This document shows positions 1 to 9,500 of a DNA stretch of 29,645 bases, piece after piece. This DNA is from Candidatus Woesearchaeota archaeon (GTDB lineage: Archaea > Nanobdellota > Nanobdellia > Pacearchaeales > GW2011-AR1): positions 1-29,645 of the forward strand of contig CAYUQG010000001.1 of the NCBI GenBank assembly GCA_964446915.1, in the 5' to 3' direction. Within the stretch, counting starts at the first letter, position 1. Each line of letters opens with the position of its first letter. The position numbers and the translations under genes were made by a program. The notes below the pieces were generated by a model that worked only from the letters and a program-made list of their open reading frames with translations, searched no databases and was not told the origin of the DNA.

Positions 1-1162
1 TCTTCGCTAAATTTTTAACATCTTCCAATTTAACTTCTTTTATATTTTTTTCAAATTCATAAAACTCTTTTGCTTGGCCATCCATTTCAGCAAAAAGTAA
101 ACTTTGCATTTGCGATGCAGAATCTTCTTGCGAAATTTTATAATTGCCAATTAATTGCTCTTTAACTGAATTTAATTCTTTTTCATTTAAATCTTTTGCA
201 ACTTTTTCAAATTCTTCCAAAATAATATTTTTAACTTTTTCAACATTTTCTTTCATTGTCCCAACATAAATAAAATTATATGAAAAATATTTTGAAATTT
301 GCGAGCCTCCCTTAATAGCATATGCAAGATTTCTTTTTTCACGAATTTCTTCAAACAATCTTGAAGACAACCCGCCAGCCATTAAACAAGTTAAAATCCT
401 TGCAGCATCTGATTTTTTGTCCTCTGCTAAAGGAACATGATATGCAAAAACCAAATTAGCTTGGTCAATGCCTTTTCTTTCTTCAACCTTAACTTCATTT
501 TTCAAACCAAATTCTTTAACAGAAATTTCAGATTTTTCATTTCCAAAATTCTTTTCAGCAAAATCCACAAGTTCGTCAAAGTCAGCATTTCCAACAACAC
601 ACAAAATCATATTGTTCGGTGTATAAACAGATTTAAATTTTTCAACCATTTTTTCCCTATCAATAGAATTCATTGTTTTCTTTATCCCAATTAAATCAAT
701 ACTCAAAGTTCCGTCATACAAACCTTTTTGGATTTCTTCAAAAACATATCCTAAAGGATTATCGTGATGCCCTTTAATTTCTTCAAAAATAACCTGCCTT
801 TCTTTTTCTAATTCTTTCTCGTCAAATAAAGGGTTTTTTATAAGATCAGATAAAACCTCCAAGGCAATTTGCAATTTATCTGAAGGCATTTTACACCAAT
901 ACACAGTAATTTCATTAGCAGTAAAGCCATTCATTTCACCACCATTTTTTTCAATTTCTTCTGAAATCTGTTTTGAAGTTCTATTTTTTGTTCCTTTGTA
1001 AAGCATATGCTCTATAAAATGCGAAATTCCTTTTTCAGAAATCTCTTCATTAATCCCTCCATGACGCACAGCAAAAGCCACACTAACAACAGGCAAATCT
1101 CTTTTTTCAAAAAGAATTGTCATTCCATTTTTCAAAACCTTTCTGTGAAACTTTTTTTCCAT
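1..1162 (-). CDS. M16 (pitrilysin/insulinase) family zinc peptidase; C-terminus runs off the window start
   Basis: Absent from the supplied track because there is no stop in the window. Reverse translation from ATG 1162..1160 gives MEKKFHRKVLKNGMTILFEKRDLPVVSVAFAVRHGGINEEISEKGISHFIEHMLYKGTKNR... HFIEH is the HxxEH inverted zincin motif. The frame stays open for all 387 codons to position 1. Confidence 0.85.
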   Translation of the reverse strand, partial: MEKKFHRKVLKNGMTILFEKRDLPVVSVAFAVRHGGINEEISEKGISHFIEHMLYKGTKNRTSKQISEEIEKNGGEMNGFTANEITVYWCKMPSDKLQIALEVLSDLIKNPLFDEKELEKERQVIFEEIKGHHDNPLGYVFEEIQKGLYDGTLSIDLIGIKKTMNSIDREKMVEKFKSVYTPNNMILCVVGNADFDELVDFAEKNFGNEKSEISVKEFGLKNEVKVEERKGIDQANLVFAYHVPLAEDKKSDAARILTCLMAGGLSSRLFEEIREKRNLAYAIKGGSQISKYFSYNFIYVGTMKENVEKVKNIILEEFEKVAKDLNEKELNSVKEQLIGNYKISQEDSASQMQSLLFAEMDGQAKEFYEFEKNIKEVKLEDVKNLAK

Positions 1163-1180
1163 TTTAAAAAATTAACAAAA

Positions 1181-1420
1181 TTAAAGCCATGCCCACAAAA
1201 ATTTTCCAATCAGAATTCCCAAGCCTATAGAAATTAAAATAACTAACACCCAAACCCACCAATTAGATTTCTTTTTCTTTGGTATTTGACTTAAATCAGT
1301 TGTTACAGGAGATTTTGGGTCAACAGATTGTTGAATTGCTGGTTGAACAGGTTTTTGAATGCCAACTGATTTTTGAACAATTGGCCTTGTTTGTGCTTGC
1401 GATTGTATTTGTTCTACCAT
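1181..1420 (-). CDS. small Q/P-rich protein with C-terminal transmembrane anchor (hypothetical)
   Basis: The track ORF 1181..1552 overlaps the GTPase gene. The internal ATG at 1420 gives MVEQIQSQAQTRP...KKKKSNWWVWVLVILISIGLGILIGKFLWAWL, with one clear C-terminal hydrophobic helix. Confidence 0.45.
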   Translation of the reverse strand: MVEQIQSQAQTRPIVQKSVGIQKPVQPAIQQSVDPKSPVTTDLSQIPKKKKSNWWVWVLVILISIGLGILIGKFLWAWL

Positions 1421-1498
1421 TTTTCTTTTATAATAAGGAAATATGCTCTTATAAATTTTACTCAATAATTTTTTAAGTAAGAGAAACTTAATTTTAAC

Positions 1499-2395
1499 AT
1501 GCCAATTAATGCATCGCCACATTTTGACAAAGCACAAGGAGAATATCTCCAAGCAAAAACAACTGAAGAAAAAATTCGTTGTCTAAAGAAAATGATAGTT
1601 CTTGCTCCAAAACATAAAGGTTCTGAAAATTTGTTAGCACAATTAAAAACAAGATTAAAAAAATTAAAATACACAAAAGAGAAAGAAATCAAACAATCAA
1701 AACATCATGGAGAAGGAATTAAAAAAGGAGATTTGCAAGTAGTCATAGTAGGACATACAAATACTGGAAAGTCCAGTTTAATTTCTGCATTAACAAATGC
1801 AAAACCAAAAATTTCAAGTTCAGAATTTTGCACAAGAGAACCTGTAGTAGGGATTTCAAAACACGAATCAATACAAATACAATTAATAGAAAACCCTGCA
1901 ATAGAATCTGAAAATTATGATAGGGGTTTAACAAATAGTGCAGATGTTATTTTAGTTTTAATAAAAAATTTTGAAGAAATTGAAAAATTGCAAATACAAA
2001 ACAAAAATCAAATTCTCGTAATCAATGAATTCGAAAAATTATCTAAAAATGAAAAAAGAAAACTTTCTTCAAAACTTCAGACTAAAAAATACAATTTTAT
2101 TTTTGTTTCGACAAAAGACAATTTGGGAATTGAAGAATTAAAAGAAAAGATTTTTGAAAAATTTGATAAAATTAGAATTTACACAAAAGAACCAGGAAAA
2201 GAAAAATCCCCTCGTCCAATTATTCTAAAAGAGAATTCCACAATTGGAGATGTCGCTGAAAAAATTCTTAAAGGTTTTTCAAAAAATGTAAAAGAAACAA
2301 AAATCTGGGGACCTTCTTCAAAATTCTCTGGACAAAAAGTTGGCTTAAAACACAAGCTAAAGGACTTAGATGTTGTGGAATTCAGAACACGATAA
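1499..2395 (+). CDS. DRG/Obg-family GTP-binding protein with C-terminal TGS domain (short, off-consensus G3/G4)
   Basis: P-loop GHTNTGKS. The C-terminal block IRIYTKEPGKEKSPRPIILKENSTIGDVAEKILKGF...IWGPSSKFSGQKVGLKHKLKDLDVVEF matches the TGS tail of archaeal/eukaryotic DRG proteins. Confidence 0.8.
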   Translation: MPINASPHFDKAQGEYLQAKTTEEKIRCLKKMIVLAPKHKGSENLLAQLKTRLKKLKYTKEKEIKQSKHHGEGIKKGDLQVVIVGHTNTGKSSLISALTNAKPKISSSEFCTREPVVGISKHESIQIQLIENPAIESENYDRGLTNSADVILVLIKNFEEIEKLQIQNKNQILVINEFEKLSKNEKRKLSSKLQTKKYNFIFVSTKDNLGIEELKEKIFEKFDKIRIYTKEPGKEKSPRPIILKENSTIGDVAEKILKGFSKNVKETKIWGPSSKFSGQKVGLKHKLKDLDVVEFRTR

Positions 2396-2425
2396 TTTTA
2401 AAAAATAGTTTTACTTCAAATTAAA

Positions 2426-2926
2426 ATGAAAAAAGAAGAAAAAGAAAATAGGCAAAACATTTTAAATCAATTGCCTAAAATAAAAAAAGATAGTTTAACT
2501 GTTGAAGAATTGCAGGACAATCTTGAAAAATTTGAAAAAACCGATTTAACTTACGGGGAAATTAAAAAAGAAGTTCAGAAACTGGAGAAAAAAAAGTTAA
2601 TTGAAAGTTTTTTTGATGAAGATAAAGAAATAAAAAAGTATTTTTTAGCAGACAAAAAAAATAATTCTAAAGAGGTTAAAGAAAAAATAAAGAAAAAAGA
2701 ACCCCAAGAAAAACTAACTTTCAAACCAATAAAAAATTTAAAGAAGAAAATATTTTGCTTGCTTTTTTTAGTTTTAAGTGTTATTTTTTTAATTTATAAT
2801 AGGAGTACTCATATGATAATTCCCTTAGGGAAAATTGGACTTAAAACTTTACCCTTTTCGATTTTATTTTTTATAATTGGTCTTGTATTGTTCTTAATTT
2901 CTTACAAAGAAAAAATAATTTCTTAA
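2426..2926 (+). CDS. hypothetical membrane protein: lysine-rich, possibly wHTH-like N-terminus plus two C-terminal TM helices
   Basis: ATG start and a 166-aa ORF. The charged N-terminal 110 aa are followed by FCLLFLVLSVIFLIY and LPFSILFFIIGLVLFLISY. Confidence 0.5.
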   Translation: MKKEEKENRQNILNQLPKIKKDSLTVEELQDNLEKFEKTDLTYGEIKKEVQKLEKKKLIESFFDEDKEIKKYFLADKKNNSKEVKEKIKKKEPQEKLTFKPIKNLKKKIFCLLFLVLSVIFLIYNRSTHMIIPLGKIGLKTLPFSILFFIIGLVLFLISYKEKIIS

Positions 2927-2928
2927 AA

Positions 2929-3117
2929 TTAAATTGGCAAACTTGTATTCCCAAACATCTGTTGACTTAAATTAGCAGCAGATTGCCCAGCCCCCCCAGA
3001 GAGAAAATTCCAAATAAAAACTCCTACAAAAATTAACAAAATTAAAATCAAAATAAAAAGCCAGATTAACCAAGGTTTCCTTCCTCCAACTTCTGAGATT
3101 ATGCTTAGATTACTCAT
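2929..3117 (-). CDS. small membrane protein (hypothetical), overlaps the TyrRS stop by 8 nt
   Basis: 62-aa ORF with one TM helix (PWLIWLFILILILLIFVGVFIWNFL). The ATG at 3117 overlaps the 3' end of tyrS, suggesting co-transcription. Confidence 0.4.
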   Translation of the reverse strand: MSNLSIISEVGGRKPWLIWLFILILILLIFVGVFIWNFLSGGAGQSAANLSQQMFGNTSLPI

Positions 3118-4135
3118 TTTTATATGCTTCTTTGTAAAGTTGATTTAATTTTTTTGATTCTCTAAAAGGTTTCAATAAATTAACAATCTCATTGGCAACT
3201 GCGTTTTTTAAATCAAGTGGATGTAAAGTTTTCTTAACAAAATCTTTTTCTAAATCTTCATAAGTTTTGTAAACCAAATTTCCTCCAAATTTTTCCAGAC
3301 GTTGAACAACAAACTTTTCTTTTTGGTCTTCTTTTAAAATAAAAAATAAATACCTCATTAGGGCCATTAAGCCATTATCAGAATTTCCTTCAACACACTC
3401 TGCCTTTTTGATTTTAGATTTTATTTTTTCTTCTGTTTCAAGCAAATCTATTTTGGTTCCTTCGATACTTGAACTCATTTGCTTTCCAACTAACCCGCGA
3501 ATCATTGGATTCATTAATTCAATCCGAGATTCGTAACCTATTTTTGGTAAATATTCTCGAGCATAAACCATAATCTTTCTTTGATCAACACCTGCAAATT
3601 GCGCATCAACACCAAGATATTCTTCGTCCAATGCTTGCATCAAAGGATAAATCATTCCAGAAAGAAGAACATTGTCTCCCTGCGCAGTCTTTACAGCTTC
3701 TGAAGCTGCTTTTGTTGAGTTTTTTATAGTAGTAAACGTGCTCAATTTTAACAAATCATTAAAATAATTTTTATTTAATTGCAAGTCACTTCCCCTAACA
3801 AATTCCAATTTCTGAACATCCACACCAATTGTTTTCAAAATCAACAAAATTGCTTCCTTATAATAATTATATCTTTTTTCAACTAAATCAAAAGGAACGC
3901 CATCTAACAACGCGTGTAAATCTGCTAAAAGAATTTTGACTTTACATCCTGCTTTCAAAAAATCTGCGATTTTTAACATTGGAAAAAAATATGCAAGAGA
4001 AACACTTCCTGTGGGCATAGTCCCCCAATAAATTACAAAATTTTTTTTTGCATTTAATTTCTTTTCTAATAATTCTTCCCCAATAAGTTCTTGCAAATTT
4101 CTTGTAATCAATTCCAGCTTTTCTTTTACATTCAT
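3110..4135 (-). CDS. tyrS: tyrosyl-tRNA synthetase (archaeal/eukaryotic type)
   Basis: Blocks [45 protein letters not shown] and [31 protein letters not shown] match archaeal/eukaryotic TyrRS. The track start at 4144 is a TTG; the first ATG is at 4135 ([16 protein letters not shown]). Confidence 0.9.
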   Translation of the reverse strand: [341 protein letters not shown]

Positions 4136-4177
4136 AAAATACAAAACAAATATTAATTATTAAATGTTTCTTAAAAA

Positions 4178-5416
4178 ATGCTAATTGAAATTTTATTGGC
4201 TATCTTACTAGGAATCTTGTTCGGAATTTTCACAGGCTTGGTTCCAGGAATTCATATAAATCTTATAGGAACTTTTTTAATTTCTCTTTCAACTTCTTTA
4301 CTGTTTAAAATTCCTGCAATTTATCTTGCAGTTTTTATAACTTCTATGGCAATTACACACACTTTTGTCGACTTTATTCCTTCTATTTTTTTGGGCTGCC
4401 CAGACACAGATACCGAACTTTCTATTTTACCAGGTCACGAACTTTTAAAAAAAGGTTTAGGATATGAGGCAATTCTTTTAACAAACCAAGGAAGTTTAGC
4501 AGCAATTTTTATTTTATTATTAATCGCCTTTCCCTCTATATTTTTAATTTCAAAAACAAATAATTTAATTCAAATTTTAATTCCTTATATTTTAATTTTC
4601 GCTTCAACTTTTTTGGTTTTTTCTGAAAAAAATAAATTTAATGCTCTGCTTGTTTTTTTTCTATCTGGTTTTTTAGGTTTTTGTGTTTTAAATTTGTCTT
4701 CAATAAATCAACCTCTTTTCCCACTTTTAACAGGTTTATTTGGAAGTTCAATGTTAATCTTAAGTATAAAAAATAAATTTAAAATTCCAAAACAAAAAAT
4801 AACAAAACCTAAAACAAAATATTTCAAACCTCTTTTAGGTGCTTTAATTGCTTCTCCACTTTGCAGTTTTCTTCCAGGTTTAGGAAGTGGGCAAGCAGCA
4901 ATAATTGGAAACTCGATTTCAAACAGCAAATTAAAAATTTTCAGTGTATTTGATAAAAATCAAACACAAACAAATAAAAAAGGTTTTCTAATTCTTCTCG
5001 GAGCAACAAATACTTTAGTAATGGGTTTTTCTTTTATTTCTCTTTATGTGATTTCAAAAGCAAGAACAGGTGCAGCAATTGCTATTTTAGAAATTATTGG
5101 AAATTTATCATGGAAGATTCTAGTTCTAATTCTTTTTACAACTTTAATAAGCGGGGTTTTCTCTTTTTTCATAACAAAAAAATTAGCAAAAATATTTTCA
5201 CAAAAAATAGAAAAAATAAATTACACAAAACTTTCTTTATTGACTTTAATTTTTTTAGCAATAATTGTTTTCTTAATTTCAGGATTTTTCGGATTTTTAA
5301 TTTTAATTGTTTCAACTTTAACAGGGATTTATTGCATTTCATTAAAAGTTCGAAGAACAAATATGATGGGCTGTTTATTATTACCAACAATTATTTTATA
5401 TTTATTTAGTGCTTAA
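4178..5416 (+). CDS. polytopic membrane protein, resembles DUF112/TctA-family (COG1784) transporter
   Basis: 412 aa with at least 10 hydrophobic segments. It has GLVPGIH near the N-terminus and LPGLGSGQAAI mid-protein. The family assignment is from memory. Confidence 0.5.
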   Translation: MLIEILLAILLGILFGIFTGLVPGIHINLIGTFLISLSTSLLFKIPAIYLAVFITSMAITHTFVDFIPSIFLGCPDTDTELSILPGHELLKKGLGYEAILLTNQGSLAAIFILLLIAFPSIFLISKTNNLIQILIPYILIFASTFLVFSEKNKFNALLVFFLSGFLGFCVLNLSSINQPLFPLLTGLFGSSMLILSIKNKFKIPKQKITKPKTKYFKPLLGALIASPLCSFLPGLGSGQAAIIGNSISNSKLKIFSVFDKNQTQTNKKGFLILLGATNTLVMGFSFISLYVISKARTGAAIAILEIIGNLSWKILVLILFTTLISGVFSFFITKKLAKIFSQKIEKINYTKLSLLTLIFLAIIVFLISGFFGFLILIVSTLTGIYCISLKVRRTNMMGCLLLPTIILYLFSA

Positions 5417-6013
5417 GCCAGCTGAAAAAGTTATAGCTCCCATCTCAAAACCACCATATTCATCTTTGTAAGGATTTATAGAACTATATTTAACAGATAA
5501 CATTGCATTCAACTTTTCGCTAATAGGTATTTCTGCTCCACCAATAAAAACCATTCCTGCACCTTCAACTTTTTCTTTATACGGCTTATCATCATCTATA
5601 GAATTTTCTTTGAATTTTAAAGTAGACCATTCTAATCCCCCTCCTAAAAATAAATCAAAACCCTCTTGTGGCATTACAAGCTGTAGAGAAGCAGTTATTA
5701 TAAAATTGTAATATTGAGAATAACTTACAACATTATTATCCAAACTATAGGTGTTTCTATTAAATCCAAAAGAACCACTCCCTTCATAACGAAGATTCTT
5801 TGCAAGATAAGTATTATAACCAATACTCAAAGGAAAGGCATTCCCCCATTCTTCATTCATAGATTCATCGCCGAATTTAGAAACCCCTATGCTAACAAAA
5901 TCATTGTCTTTCTCTTTAAGATTTTTGTCTCTTGCAAAACAAGGAAGTGCTAAAGCAACTGAAAGCGAAACAGGCAAAGCCAAAAGTTTAAGTTTCTTCA
6001 TTAAATTAACCAT
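5402..6013 (-). CDS. secreted protein with 8 amphipathic beta-strand segments (bacterial OMP beta-barrel-like)
   Basis: Signal peptide MKKLKLLALPVSLSVALALPCFA. It is followed by alternating-hydrophobicity strands: FVSIGVSKF, FPLSIGYNTYL, LRYEGSGSFGF, YNFIITASLQLVM, FDLFLGGGLEWSTLKF, AGMVFIGGAEIPI, LNAMLSVKYSSI, GAITFSAGLS. The track start at 6019 is a TTG; the ATG is at 6013. Confidence 0.55.
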   Translation of the reverse strand: MVNLMKKLKLLALPVSLSVALALPCFARDKNLKEKDNDFVSIGVSKFGDESMNEEWGNAFPLSIGYNTYLAKNLRYEGSGSFGFNRNTYSLDNNVVSYSQYYNFIITASLQLVMPQEGFDLFLGGGLEWSTLKFKENSIDDDKPYKEKVEGAGMVFIGGAEIPISEKLNAMLSVKYSSINPYKDEYGGFEMGAITFSAGLSTK

Positions 6014-6097
6014 ATTCAATTAAAACAAAACTTGGTTTATAAAAACTATTATACTAAAAAGCATATAAAATTATAAATAGAAAAAAGATTTAATTAT

Positions 6098-6481
6098 ATG
6101 AAATCCCTAAATAAGCTTTTGTTAATTTTAACAAGTTGTCTTATAATAAATTGCGAACCTATATTAGAAGCACCACCAGGATATAATAATGGAGAAATTC
6201 AGGGCACTGTTTTTTACGACCCTGATAATGATGGAAATTATGAAATTGCCCCTAATGCAAAAATAAAATTAAATAGCATGCCTGGATTACCAGACGGAAA
6301 GCCAGAAACAACTTCAAATAGCCAAGGTTATTTTGAATTTAAAGACATTGAACCTTCAGACGACCATTTTGTTTGGGCACAAAAAAACATTGGAAACACA
6401 TACTATGAAAAAATATTGCACTTTCCTGTTAAAGAAAAATCAACAACCACCTTAACGCTTTATCTTAGAAAGCAATTTTAA
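6098..6481 (+). CDS. putative lipoprotein with carboxypeptidase-regulatory-like (Ig-like beta-sandwich) domain
   Basis: Signal peptide plus lipobox-like LILTSC. GTVFYDPDNDGNYEIAPNAKIKLNS...SNSQGYFEFKDIEP is typical of CarboxypepD_reg/SdrD-B-like folds. TATA-like TTATAAAT lies 27 nt upstream of the ATG. Confidence 0.55.
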   Translation: MKSLNKLLLILTSCLIINCEPILEAPPGYNNGEIQGTVFYDPDNDGNYEIAPNAKIKLNSMPGLPDGKPETTSNSQGYFEFKDIEPSDDHFVWAQKNIGNTYYEKILHFPVKEKSTTTLTLYLRKQF

Positions 6482-6547
6482 TCAAATCCACCCCCCCAAC
6501 TTTTCCTGCTTTCATTTGACCCCGCTTGAACAAATGAATGAAAAAAA

Positions 6548-9500
6548 CTAAAAATAATCTTGCATAGTTTTTTGCTTTTCAACTTCTTTTCCAAAAACAC
6601 TTTCAATATATCTTTTTGTTAATTCAAGATTTTGTTGCATATAGTTTGAAAGATTGTATTTCTTTGCTAAACTTAACGCAGCTTCTAAGTATTTTTTTAC
6701 TCCTCCTTCTGTTACCGTAAAAATAACTTTTCCAGAACATCTGGGACAAACGCCCGACAAAGGAAGACGCCTCATTATTTCATTACAACCAACACATCTA
6801 AAAGTTTGCGTTGAAAATTTTCTGAGATTTCCTTTCATATCTTTTAAAAAATGTTTATCAATGATAAGTCGTGCAGTATCAGAGGTATCGGCAGACCTTA
6901 ATCTTTCAACAAGTTCCATTTGGTGTTTCACCTTTTCCGGCATAGTTCCTAAACTCTTATAACTTGAACAAATAACACCAGAATTAAAATTAGTTGTATC
7001 GTGTGTAAACCCTAACCCAACAAAGGGATCTTCACCTAAACGAAGTGCACAAGCAACATCTTTTATTTTTACTTCAGAAGAATGTTTTCTTTGTTCTGCT
7101 AATTCATAAAGTTCAAGGGGATACCCATTTGAAATTTCAAAGTCTAAAATTTGATCATCAACTTCTCCTGCATTTATTTTTGAATTTAAAACAAGAGGTG
7201 CATCCTGTGTTCCTCCACGATGGCTTGGCAAAAACTCTTTTGAAAAATTTAAAAGAACATCTCCTAACAACATTATCGCAGCTTCATCACCATCACAATC
7301 TCTACGAACAGCAGCATGCATATATGGACTTGCATACAAGCCAAGAGAATTTGAAAAACCTATAAACCTACATATAACGCCTGCACAATTATGCGGTGCC
7401 ATACAAACACCAAGTTGACCAACAAGGTCTTCTCTTTTTTTAATATTATAAAAAGGTTTTAATCCATAAAATTTAACAAGTAATTCATCAACATAATTGC
7501 AAACCCTAAAAAAAACATCATCTGCTTTTTCGTCAAGAGTTTCGTCGGCACTTGGCAACAAAATATCATGGGGCATTAAGTCTAAAATTTGATTCTCATT
7601 AACAAGCTCTTTTCCAAAAATATCCTTATCATATCCCATTTCTTTTAGCTTTTCTACATTAACTGAAATCTCTTTTGGTTTAAATGAAACTATTGGAAGT
7701 TCTGTTGCATCAAAACGAATTGTCCCATCTTTATTTACTTGCAAATTAAAGCTTGCTCTTAAAATCCCTTTACAAAGATGTTCCATTTTATGTTCAGAAG
7801 AAACAGTTCCACGAACCCCTTTTATCAAAGCAGGAATTTTTTCTCTTAAAACCCCAAGCTTTTCAATAGCTTTTTCAAAATAATGTTTCATGTCAATATC
7901 CCGTGTATAACACGCAGACCCTTGTTGTTCTGACCCTTGCTGAAATCTTGAAAAAGTTTTTTGTTTTGTTTCGGGAAAATAAAACATTTGTTTTGTTTTT
8001 TCTTGGCAATTTTCACAAACAAGATAGATTGTTTCTTTTTGACATTTTTCACAAAAATAAATAGGAAAACTACTTCGAACATAACCCACGCCACAAGCAG
8101 CCTGCACACTTCTTAACCTCCCCCCCTCATTACCAACAGGAAACAAAACATTTGGACTCCCAACTAATTTTCTTAATTTTGCCTTTTCTGGACGTCCCAT
8201 TCTTGCACCAATAAATTCTCCTGCTTTATCTTTAATTTTAATTTTAGAAAAAGAATTAATATTTTCCAAAACATTTTTTTCAAAATTAATTTTATTTTCA
8301 ATTTCTAAAAATTTATCTTTTAAAGAAAAACCTTCTTTAACAAAAATTCCAAAATTAAAAAGAAAAGCAAGACTATTTTCAGGGTTCAAAATAACATTTT
8401 CAATTGTTACTTCGTGTTCAACACCCAAAAGTTCCAAAGCCCTTTTTCCTTGTTCAAATTTTTCTCGAGATTCCTTATTATATGGAAGAATTATTTTTTC
8501 TTCGAAACGAGAATTTTTCAACCACTTAATTAAATTTGAAAATTGTTCTATAGAAATTTGGGTCCAATAAAAAATATATTTTGGATAAAAAGGAATTTTA
8601 TACTGTTCACTTAATTCGACAGCTTTTTCAAAATCCACATTAAAACAATCTTTAACTTCTCCTCCCTTTTGTTCTAATTCCAAATTCCACCATTCTTCAA
8701 CATAACCTGGTTTGATTAAATTAGAATTTCTATTTGCGAGATCTGAAAAAGGAAATAAAATATCACCAAGGTAAACTATTTCTTCAACATCTGGATAAAG
8801 TTTTCTTGCTTCTTCGAGGGTTTGTAGTTTTTTCACGCTTCCATTAACAAGTTTTACAATTGGACCATCAATAGAATCACAAACAGTTGTAACACAACCT
8901 TTTGTTGGTTTTTCTATTTTCAATTGAGTTCCTATTGCAATAAAATTATCTGTAATTCCCATTGTTGCAGGATGTAATGAAACAGCACTAAAACCAGAAA
9001 CTCTTCCTCGACCATATCTAAACCTAAAACCACCTGATTTTGAAGGATGCCCAAAAACTGGTCTTCCAGCAACCAAATCATTAATGTACGTTGGAGAAGC
9101 ATCTACTTTACCAATATCTCTTTTCTCATGAAGTTTAACATAATCTTTTAAAAAATCAAAATCTTTTGAAATAATTCCTTTTGATTTTAATTTATCTAAA
9201 AGCCGCAAACCTTTTTTTGCTTTTTGCGCCAAACCTTCTGCCATAATTAAACAAAAACCGCTTCTCAAATAATTTGTTTCAACTCGCTCTAAATTTTTAT
9301 AATTTGAAACTTCAAGTTTTTCAGAAGGTTCACCACTCACCTGAATTGGCATATTTTTTGCTAAAAACAAAGCTTCTTCTTCAGTAGGCATATATTGCAA
9401 ATTGGTTATTCTACTATGAAAATCTTCCAACTCTATTGCCACTCTTTTAATTTCTTTTTCTGTTGGATCATATTTAGCATAACCAAAAAGTTCCCTCAAA

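Noticed and set aside
437-1237. Plus-strand track ORFs 437..694 and 1007..1237
   Set aside because: Both lie antisense to the continuous 387-codon M16 peptidase frame. Their products are low-complexity F/N/K-rich strings typical of antisense reading in AT-rich DNA.
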